From Mycobacteriales bacterium (GTDB lineage Bacteria > Actinomycetota > Actinomycetes > JAFAQI01), in the NCBI GenBank assembly GCA_035501255.1, contig DATJWM010000039.1, forward strand, positions 654 to 64,653: a stretch of 64,000 nucleotides of DNA, written 5' to 3'. This document shows positions 56,908 to 64,000 of the stretch, piece by piece. The first letter of the stretch is position 1. Each line of letters starts with the position of its first letter. The notes beneath the pieces were generated by a model. The model saw only the letters and a list, made by a program, of their open reading frames with translations. It made no database searches and was not told where the DNA came from. The position numbers and the translations under genes are program-made.

Positions 56908-56918
56908 CGCGTTTCGCG
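56908..56918 (+). promoter_or_regulatory. Candidate ClgR-type operator (CGC-N5-GCG) upstream of clpC1
   Basis: CGCGTTTCGCG lies about 105 bp upstream of the clpC1 ATG. Only the core half-sites match the published ClgR consensus. Confidence 0.25.
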
Positions 56919-57021
56919 TCGGATCAGTGCGTGCGACACACATCCGACACGAGCCGGGGCTAGCATGCGGGGAGTGGGGCCAAGCGGGTCCCCCGCCCTG
57001 CTTCGGTCGAGGAGCGAGTGA

Positions 57022-59553
57022 ATGTTCGAGAGGTTTACGGACCGCGCGAGGCGGGTTGTCGTCCTGGCACAGGAAGAGGCCAGGATGCTCAACCACAACT
57101 ACATTGGCACCGAGCACATCCTGCTCGGGCTGATTCACGAGGGTGAGGGCGTCGCCGCCAAGGCTCTCGAGTCGTTGGGCATCTCGCTCGAAGGGGTGCG
57201 CCAGCAGGTCGAGGAGATCATCGGACAGGGCCAGCAGGCGCCCAGCGGACACATTCCGTTTACGCCGCGAGCGAAGAAGGTGCTCGAGCTCAGCCTGCGC
57301 GAGGCACTGCAACTCGGCCACAACTACATCGGCACCGAGCACATCCTGCTCGGCCTGATCCGCGAGGGCGAGGGCGTCGCCGCGCAGGTGCTCGTCAAGC
57401 TCGGCGCTGACCTCAACCGGGTGCGCCAGCAGGTCATCCAGCTGTTGTCGGGCTACCAGGGCAAGGAGCCGGCGGCGGCCGGCGCCGTCGGCGAAGGAGC
57501 CCCCAGCACCAGCCTGGTGCTCGACCAGTTCGGGCGTAATCTCACCCAGGCCGCGCGGGAGGGCAAGCTCGACCCGGTCATCGGGCGAGAAAAGGAAATC
57601 GAGCGGGTCATGCAGGTCCTTTCCCGCCGGACCAAGAACAACCCGGTCCTTATCGGCGAGCCCGGCGTCGGCAAGACTGCGGTCGTCGAAGGTCTCGCCC
57701 AGGCCATCGTGAAAGGCGAGGTTCCGGAAAACCTCAAAGACAAGCAGCTGTACACCCTCGACCTCGGCGCGCTGGTTGCGGGCAGCCGTTATCGCGGCGA
57801 TTTCGAGGAGCGGTTGAAGAAGGTCCTCAAGGAGATTCGCACCCGAGGCGACATCATCTTGTTCATCGACGAGATCCACACGCTGGTCGGCGCGGGTGCT
57901 GCCGAGGGTGCCATTGACGCGGCAAGCATCCTCAAGCCGATGCTTGCGCGCGGTGAGCTTCAGACGATCGGCGCGACCACCGTAGATGAGTACCGCAAGC
58001 ACCTCGAGAAGGACGCCGCCCTCGAGCGCCGCTTCCAGCCGATCCAGGTTGGCGAGCCCTCGCTCGCGCACACGATCGAGATCCTCAAGGGGCTGCGCGA
58101 TCGGTACGAGGCGCACCACCGGGTCTCGATCACCGACACAGCGCTCGTTGCGGCCGCGACTCTCGCCGATCGCTACATCTCCGACCGGTTCCTGCCGGAC
58201 AAGGCGATCGACCTGATCGACGAGGCCGGCTCGCGGATGCGGATCCGCCGGATGACCGCACCCCCGGACCTGCGCGAGTTCGACGAGCGCATTGCCGCGG
58301 TCCGCCGCGAGAAGGAAAGCGCGATCGACGCGCAGGACTTCGAGAAGGCGGCGTCGCTGCGCGACAAAGAAAAGACGCTTCTCGCCCAGAAGGCCGACCG
58401 CGAGCGCGAGTGGAAGGCCGGCGACATGGATGTCGTCGCCGAGGTGACCGACGAGGAGATCGCGGAGGTCCTCGCGACCTGGACCGGGATTCCGGTCTTC
58501 AAGTTGACCGAGGAGGAGACCTCCCGGCTGCTGCGGATGGAAGAGGAACTGCACCGCCGGGTGATCGGCCAGGAGCAGGCGGTGAAGGCGGTCTCGCAGG
58601 CCATCCGTCGCACCCGGGCAGGGCTGAAGGACCCGAAGCGCCCAGGTGGCTCGTTCATCTTCGCCGGTCCGTCCGGCGTCGGGAAGACCGAGCTCTCCAA
58701 GACGCTCGCGGAGTTCTTGTTCGGCGATGAGGACGCGCTGATCCAGCTCGACATGAGCGAGTTCATGGAAAAGCACAGCGTGTCGCGGCTCGTCGGCTCA
58801 CCTCCGGGCTACGTCGGCTACGAAGAGGGTGGCCAGCTGACCGAGCGGGTCCGCCGCAAGCCGTTCTCGGTCGTGCTGTTCGACGAAGTCGAAAAGGCGC
58901 ACCCGGACGTGTTCAACACCTTGCTTCAGGTTCTCGAAGACGGGCGACTGACCGACAGTCAGGGTCGAACGGTCGACTTCAAGAACACCGTGATCATCAT
59001 GACGACGAACCTCGGCACCCGCGACATCGCCAAGGGGCTCAACCTCGGGTTCCACGGTGGGGATCACGAGGCGAACAACTACGAGCGGATGAAGCAGAAG
59101 GTCAACGAAGAGCTCAAGACGCACTTCCGGCCGGAATTCCTCAACCGGGTCGACGACACGATCGTGTTCCACCAGCTCGGCGAGGACGACATCGTCACGA
59201 TTGTCGACCTGATGATCGGCCGGGTCGACGCGGCGATGAAGAACCGCGACATGGCGATCGAGCTGACGTCGGACGCCAAGCGGTTGCTGGCTCGCAAGGG
59301 CTACGACCCGGTGCTCGGTGCGCGGCCACTGCGCCGTACGATCCAGCGCGAGATCGAGGACGTGCTGTCCGAGAAGATCCTCTACGGCGAGCTGACCGCC
59401 GGGCAGATCGTGGTCGTCGACACCGAGTCCGACGATGACGGTGAGCGGTTTACCTTCCGGGGTGAGGTCAAGCCGGTCGCACCGGACCTGCCGCCGGTCG
59501 AGACGGTGGCGCCGGGCGGTGGCTCGGACGCTGGGGAGCCGACGGAGTCCTGA
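57022..59553 (+). CDS. clpC1: ATP-dependent Clp protease ATP-binding subunit ClpC1
   Basis: Duplicated Clp-N repeats ([12 protein letters not shown] occurs twice), two AAA modules, and the UVR-like linker motif. Confidence 0.95.
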   Translation: MFERFTDRARRVVVLAQEEARMLNHNYIGTEHILLGLIHEGEGVAAKALESLGISLEGVRQQVEEIIGQGQQAPSGHIPFTPRAKKVLELSLREALQLGHNYIGTEHILLGLIREGEGVAAQVLVKLGADLNRVRQQVIQLLSGYQGKEPAAAGAVGEGAPSTSLVLDQFGRNLTQAAREGKLDPVIGREKEIERVMQVLSRRTKNNPVLIGEPGVGKTAVVEGLAQAIVKGEVPENLKDKQLYTLDLGALVAGSRYRGDFEERLKKVLKEIRTRGDIILFIDEIHTLVGAGAAEGAIDAASILKPMLARGELQTIGATTVDEYRKHLEKDAALERRFQPIQVGEPSLAHTIEILKGLRDRYEAHHRVSITDTALVAAATLADRYISDRFLPDKAIDLIDEAGSRMRIRRMTAPPDLREFDERIAAVRREKESAIDAQDFEKAASLRDKEKTLLAQKADREREWKAGDMDVVAEVTDEEIAEVLATWTGIPVFKLTEEETSRLLRMEEELHRRVIGQEQAVKAVSQAIRRTRAGLKDPKRPGGSFIFAGPSGVGKTELSKTLAEFLFGDEDALIQLDMSEFMEKHSVSRLVGSPPGYVGYEEGGQLTERVRRKPFSVVLFDEVEKAHPDVFNTLLQVLEDGRLTDSQGRTVDFKNTVIIMTTNLGTRDIAKGLNLGFHGGDHEANNYERMKQKVNEELKTHFRPEFLNRVDDTIVFHQLGEDDIVTIVDLMIGRVDAAMKNRDMAIELTSDAKRLLARKGYDPVLGARPLRRTIQREIEDVLSEKILYGELTAGQIVVVDTESDDDGERFTFRGEVKPVAPDLPPVETVAPGGGSDAGEPTES

Positions 59554-59564
59554 GCGCGGGGGGC

Positions 59565-60224
59565 CTAGCGGGTCGCGAGAAGGGGCGCGACCCGGTCGCT
59601 GAACACGGCGTCAAGCCCGATTCGCGCGCATCGATCGAGCGATAGCCGGCGTTGTGCGTCGTAACCGAAGGCGAGCATGCCGAGTGCGTGCGTTTCCGCG
59701 ACCAGCGCGCGGCTCCACCACAGCCACCGCGCGTTGAGCGCCTCCACGCCCGCCGCGCGCGCCTGCGCCACGACGGCTTGCCGCCGAGGTGAGCGCAGCA
59801 CGTTCCCCCGGATGGTCACCGCGCGATGGGCGCCGCCAAGTTCCAGCGGCGTCGGCGCCGAGGACGCGGGCTCGACCAGCCACAGCCGATTGCTCGCCTC
59901 GAATCGCCGCGCCACGTTGACGATCGCGGTCGCGACCGCGGTGTCCTTCACATCGATCGCCAGGTCGAAATCGGTTCCGCACCGCTCGTAGAGGTCGTCC
60001 AGCGTCGGCATGTACGCCGGAAGCCGATCCCGGGGGAGCCCCGCGATCGGCTCGCGAGTGCCGGGCAGCACGCCGTCGTGGTCGAGGATCACCGCCCCGT
60101 CGAGGCTTCGCCAGGCGTCGGTCTCCAGACCGGTAGCGCCCATCGCGAGGGCCGCGGCGAACGTGTCGAGGGTGTTGGCCTGACCGTGCGCGCCGCCTCG
60201 GTGGGCGAATCGGTATCGGATCAC
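59565..60224 (-). CDS. Glycerophosphodiester phosphodiesterase family protein
   Basis: GDPD catalytic N-terminus (FAHRGG). GTG start overlaps the mutY stop. Confidence 0.8.
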   Translation of the reverse strand: MIRYRFAHRGGAHGQANTLDTFAAALAMGATGLETDAWRSLDGAVILDHDGVLPGTREPIAGLPRDRLPAYMPTLDDLYERCGTDFDLAIDVKDTAVATAIVNVARRFEASNRLWLVEPASSAPTPLELGGAHRAVTIRGNVLRSPRRQAVVAQARAAGVEALNARWLWWSRALVAETHALGMLAFGYDAQRRLSLDRCARIGLDAVFSDRVAPLLATR

Positions 60225-61090
60225 GCGGGCAGCCGGTAACGCCCGTCGGCGAGCACCTGTACGAGGCCGTCAGCGACGAGCGTCGTGAGGGCTCGGTCGC
60301 GCTGGACGTCGTCGTCCCAGGCCGTGTCCAGCACCTGCGGATCGATCGCGGCGTCGGCATCGCGAACCAGGGCGAGCAACAAACCGCGCACGTGTCGATC
60401 GGTTCCGACGTAGGTCTGGGTGCGGCGCGAGGGCGGTCCGGGCGGCCGTCCGGCGTGCTCCCACGCGCACGACCCGCGCACCGGACATGCCTCGCAGCGC
60501 GGGTTTCGCGCGGTGCAGACGATCGCGCCGAGTTCCATCACTGCGACGCTGTGCCGAGCGGGCGTTACCTTCGGCAGCTGGGCGATGGCCTCGTCGTACT
60601 CGGCCCGAGTGGGCGAGGATCCCTGGGCGTCGGCCACCCCGCGCAGGTAGCGCGCATGAACCCGGCGCACGTTCGTGTCCAACACCGCGGTTGGGGCTCC
60701 GAAAGCGAAGGCCGCCACCGCAGCCGCCGTGTAGCCTCCCACCCCCGGAAGCGCCAGCAGGTCGTCGTAGTCGCACGGGACCGCGCCCCCGTGCTGCGCC
60801 ACGATCACCGACGCACTCTCGTGCAGGCGCAGTGCCCGGCGCGGGTACCCGAGGCGACCCCACATCCGGACCGCCTCCCCGGCCGGTTCAGCCGCGAGCG
60901 CGGCGGGGTCGGGCCAGCGTTGCATCCAGGCTTGCCAGCTCGCAATCACCCGGGCCACGGGCGTCTGCGCAAGCATGACCTCGCTCACCAGAACGCCCCA
61001 GGGGCTGACGTCGGGCTCGCGCCACGGAAGGTCGCGGGCGTTCGCGTCGTACCACTCGGTGACGCGTGCGGAGAAGGACTCGTCGGTCAT
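60221..61090 (-). CDS. mutY: A/G-specific adenine DNA glycosylase
   Basis: HhH-GPD fold (LPGVGGYTA) plus the 4Fe-4S cluster loop (CTARNPRCEACPVRGSC). Confidence 0.9.
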   Translation of the reverse strand: MTDESFSARVTEWYDANARDLPWREPDVSPWGVLVSEVMLAQTPVARVIASWQAWMQRWPDPAALAAEPAGEAVRMWGRLGYPRRALRLHESASVIVAQHGGAVPCDYDDLLALPGVGGYTAAAVAAFAFGAPTAVLDTNVRRVHARYLRGVADAQGSSPTRAEYDEAIAQLPKVTPARHSVAVMELGAIVCTARNPRCEACPVRGSCAWEHAGRPPGPPSRRTQTYVGTDRHVRGLLLALVRDADAAIDPQVLDTAWDDDVQRDRALTTLVADGLVQVLADGRYRLPA

Positions 61091-61154
61091 GACGCAGGCA
61101 GAGTCTCACGCGGCTCCCTCCTGGTGCCCACTCCGCCCCCTACGATCGATCGTG

Positions 61155-61748
61155 ATGAGCACCTTGCTGCACCCGGTTGGCCCGCGGGGGCCGGGCGTGT
61201 ACTGGCTTCGTCGCGGCGTGCTTCTTGCCGCGATCCTTGCGGTCATCCTGGTGCTCGCGACCCAATGTGGCGGTGGCGGCGGAGGGAAGCCAACGGCGGA
61301 CAAGACGCCGAGCCCGAGCTCCTCGCCCAGCTCGAGCCCCACCACCCCTGCTGCGGTCGTCGCCTGCGACCCGGACACCCTGACGTTGACCCTGTCCACC
61401 GATCTGTCGCAGTACACCGTCGGGCAGAGCCCGCAGCTGATCGGCGTGGTGCGCAACACCGGCGATGCCACCTGCACGTTTGCGAGCTCTCCGGCCAACG
61501 AGATCTGGACCATCACGTCCGGCTCGGACAAGATCTGGACGACGAAGGGCTGCACGGACTCCACGGTCACCAAGACGGTCAAGATCAAGCCTGGGTCCAC
61601 CAAAAAGATCACCACGGTGTGGGACGGTCATCGACTGGACACCGGCTGCACCGAGGGTGCCGTCGCGCAGCCCGGTGAGTACGTTCTGCGCGCGAAGTTG
61701 AACGGGATTGCCGGCAAGGCGGCGATCTTCCACATCGCCTCGACCTGA
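61155..61748 (+). CDS. DUF4232 secreted/membrane-anchored protein (Rv3587c-like)
   Basis: TM anchor, a Gly- and Ser/Pro-rich linker, then a DUF4232-like Cys-containing beta-domain. Confidence 0.7.
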   Translation: MSTLLHPVGPRGPGVYWLRRGVLLAAILAVILVLATQCGGGGGGKPTADKTPSPSSSPSSSPTTPAAVVACDPDTLTLTLSTDLSQYTVGQSPQLIGVVRNTGDATCTFASSPANEIWTITSGSDKIWTTKGCTDSTVTKTVKIKPGSTKKITTVWDGHRLDTGCTEGAVAQPGEYVLRAKLNGIAGKAAIFHIAST

Positions 61749-61870
61749 CCTCTCGGCCGGAACGGACCCCCGCGAACCGGGCCAATTCCGAATCGGATCG
61801 GGCCAAACGGCCGCATTCCTGGCGCGTTCGCATCCTTAAGCAAACGGGTGAACGCGACGACATGTCCTAG

Positions 61871-63043
61871 GTGAGCGCCCAGCCGGAGAGTGCGTCTCCG
61901 GTCACCGTCGTCGTTGTTGACGACTCGGCAACGCAGCGACGGTTCATCCGGGGCGCCGTTGCCGCCGATCCCATGCTCGAAGTCGTCGGCGAGGCTCGGA
62001 CCGGCCGGGACGCGATCGCCCTCGTCGAACGGCACCGGCCGACCGTCGTGCTCATGGACCTTCACCTGCCCGTGATGAACGGCATCCAGGCGATCGAGCG
62101 GATCATGGCGCTGCGGCCCACCCCGATCGTGGTCTACTCCTCGTTTGTCGACGGTGAGGATCGCGCGAACGCGGAATCGGCCTACGCTGCCGGCGCCGTC
62201 GATGTCATGGCGAAGCCGGGAACGAACGACAGCGGACGACTCGAGGAGTACGCCGAGGCGTTACGGCAGCGGCTGCGGGTCGCGGGCCGCGTCCGGGTGA
62301 TCACCCACCCGCGCGGGCGCCTCGGCGGCTCGAGTTCATCCCTGACGACGATGCGCCTCGGCATGGTCGCTCAGATGCCCGCGACTACCGGCTCGACCGT
62401 GACCTGCGAACCCAGCGCCGAGCTAATCGCGAGCCTGGAGGCGCGCGAGGTGAAGCTGCTCGCCATCGGCGCGTCGACCGGCGGGCCGCAAGCGCTCGCC
62501 GCCGTCCTCGCCGGGCTTCCTGAACGCACGACCATCCCCATCCTCGTGGTCCAGCACATGGCGGACGGCTTCATGGAGGGCCTCGCGGAGTGGCTGAATG
62601 ACGTGTGCCCACTTCCGGTTGCGCTGGCCGTCGACGGCCGCAGGCTGGTGCCGGGCACCGTCGCGCTCGCCCCGAGCGGCCAGAACCTCATCGTTCACGA
62701 CCGCTACCGGGTCACGATGCGCGAACCCGACCCGGGCCAATACCACGTGCCCGGGATCGACACGACGTTCACCTCCGTGGCCGACGCCTACCGTTCCACC
62801 TCGGTCGGCGTGCTGCTCACCGGAATGGGTCGCGATGGTGCGGCCGGCCTCAAACGGATCCGCGACGAAGGCGGACTGACGATCGGCCAGGACGAGTCGA
62901 CGAGCACGGTCTACGGCATGCCCGCTGCGGCCATGTCCGCCGACGCCGTTGACATCCAGCTGCCCTTGCCGGAGATCTGTACGGCGATCCACCACCTGCT
63001 CGCCACCTCGCCGCCGGTGGACCCGAGCGGAGCCGCACCATGA
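61871..63043 (+). CDS. cheB: Chemotaxis response regulator protein-glutamate methylesterase
   Basis: N-terminal REC domain (VVDDS...DLHLPVMNG) plus a CheB methylesterase domain (GASTGGPQA). GTG start. Confidence 0.9.
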   Translation: MSAQPESASPVTVVVVDDSATQRRFIRGAVAADPMLEVVGEARTGRDAIALVERHRPTVVLMDLHLPVMNGIQAIERIMALRPTPIVVYSSFVDGEDRANAESAYAAGAVDVMAKPGTNDSGRLEEYAEALRQRLRVAGRVRVITHPRGRLGGSSSSLTTMRLGMVAQMPATTGSTVTCEPSAELIASLEAREVKLLAIGASTGGPQALAAVLAGLPERTTIPILVVQHMADGFMEGLAEWLNDVCPLPVALAVDGRRLVPGTVALAPSGQNLIVHDRYRVTMREPDPGQYHVPGIDTTFTSVADAYRSTSVGVLLTGMGRDGAAGLKRIRDEGGLTIGQDESTSTVYGMPAAAMSADAVDIQLPLPEICTAIHHLLATSPPVDPSGAAP

Positions 63044-64000
63044 AGCGGATCGCGCTCACGGACCACGAGTTCGCGACGGTCGCGAGCCTGCTGCACGACG
63101 CCGCCGGACTGACCTTCGACGACTCCCGCCGGGACTCGCTGGGCTACTCGATCGGTGAGCGGATGGCCGCGCACAAGATCCCGGACGTCAAGTCCTACCT
63201 CGAGATGCTCCTGGGGTCGGGCGGTGACTCGGAGCGCCAGGCGCTCCTCGACGAGGTCACGATCCCGGAGACCCACTTCTTCCGGAACCCGCCTCAGGTG
63301 CGGGCGCTTCGCAAGCACGTACTGCCCGAGCTCCTCCGCCAAGCCTCCCAGTCCAAGCGGCTTCGGATCTGGAGTGCAGGGTGCTCGACCGGCGAGGAGG
63401 CGTACACCGTCGCGATCCTGGTCCGCGAACTGCTGCCACAGAGTGTCGATTGGGATGTGAAGATCGTCGCGACCGACGTCTCGACCCGCGCGCTCACCGC
63501 CGCGGGCAACGCGCACTACGGCGAGCGGGCGTTCGTCATGACCGAGCCGCTCGATCTTGCCCGCTGGTTTGTGCTCGACACGACCACCGGATCGTGGGTG
63601 GTGCGGGACGAGGTGCGCAGCCTGGTCGAGTTCCAGCATCACAACCTGGTGACCGATCCGCCGCCGTTCGACGACGAGCAGGTGGACCTGATCCTGTGCC
63701 GCAACGTCACGATCTACTTCGACCGGGAGACCACCCGCCGGCTCATGATGCGCCTGCACAGTCGGCTCCGCGACGGTGGATACCTCTTCCTCGGTCACGC
63801 CGAGACGTTGTGGCAGATCAGCGACGACTTCTCGCTGGTTTCCCTCGGCGACGCGTTTGTGTACCGGCGGCTCGACCAGCGAACGGAGCCCGACAGCGAG
63901 CCGGCGTACCGACGGGTGTTGCCGGACCGGCGTACCGAGGACGAGCCTCGCCCGACCCGAGCGGATCGGCGGCGTGGCTACAACGACCGGCGCGGACGGG
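63040..64000 (+). CDS. cheR: Chemotaxis protein methyltransferase CheR (3' end beyond window)
   Basis: ATGA overlap with cheB. CheR N-terminal helical domain plus SAM-binding motifs (IWSAGCSTGEE, ILCRNVTIYF). There is no stop before position 64000. Confidence 0.85.
   Translation, partial: MKRIALTDHEFATVASLLHDAAGLTFDDSRRDSLGYSIGERMAAHKIPDVKSYLEMLLGSGGDSERQALLDEVTIPETHFFRNPPQVRALRKHVLPELLRQASQSKRLRIWSAGCSTGEEAYTVAILVRELLPQSVDWDVKIVATDVSTRALTAAGNAHYGERAFVMTEPLDLARWFVLDTTTGSWVVRDEVRSLVEFQHHNLVTDPPPFDDEQVDLILCRNVTIYFDRETTRRLMMRLHSRLRDGGYLFLGHAETLWQISDDFSLVSLGDAFVYRRLDQRTEPDSEPAYRRVLPDRRTEDEPRPTRADRRRGYNDRRGR

Overview
This is a high-GC (about 70%+) actinobacterial chromosomal segment that is almost entirely core genome. 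Gene order follows the Mycobacterium tuberculosis Rv3587c-Rv3680 region (ArsA-like ATPase, DUF4177, RidA, NUDIX, MBL hydrolase, crp, nth, TlpA, MarP, EphE-like hydrolase, holin-X/DUF1469, HAD hydrolase, ssd plus the tad/flp pilus genes, helicase, topA, holB, ppa, dacB, tilS, hpt, ftsH, folPBK, DUF3180, DUF2520, panC, coaX, lysS, lsr2, clpC1, mutY). In places it follows Streptomyces-type order instead (helicase, bldG, apgA-like kinase, H+-pyrophosphatase, topA, membrane-domain-fused tmk, holB). cheB and cheR at the 3' end show that the organism is a motile actinomycete, so it is neither Mycobacterium nor Streptomyces. Beyond protein-coding genes I found: (1) a 6C-family small RNA (two hairpins with CCCCCCC loops) between the HAD hydrolase and ssd; (2) three intergenic tandem arrays of a related 30-bp repeat built around the near-palindrome CGGCGTGACGCCG; (3) an inserted block, relative to mycobacterial synteny, that places a MidA/NDUFAF7-family methyltransferase in one operon with a stand-alone NuoD (NDUFS2-like) gene, an ABC exporter pair and a secreted NHL/Fn3 protein; (4) a small helical protein next to crp with an exact E(X)3S(X)2R(X)3Q(X)3D signature, the c-di-GMP-binding motif of the anti-sigma factor RsiG; (5) a zinc-ribbon/class III adenylate cyclase/STAND-ATPase/TPR giant protein translationally coupled to an MBL-fold hydrolase and convergent with crp; (6) tRNA-Thr(CGT). 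Many long ORFs in the supplied track are antisense or over-extended high-GC artefacts. Gene starts were re-derived where homology allowed.
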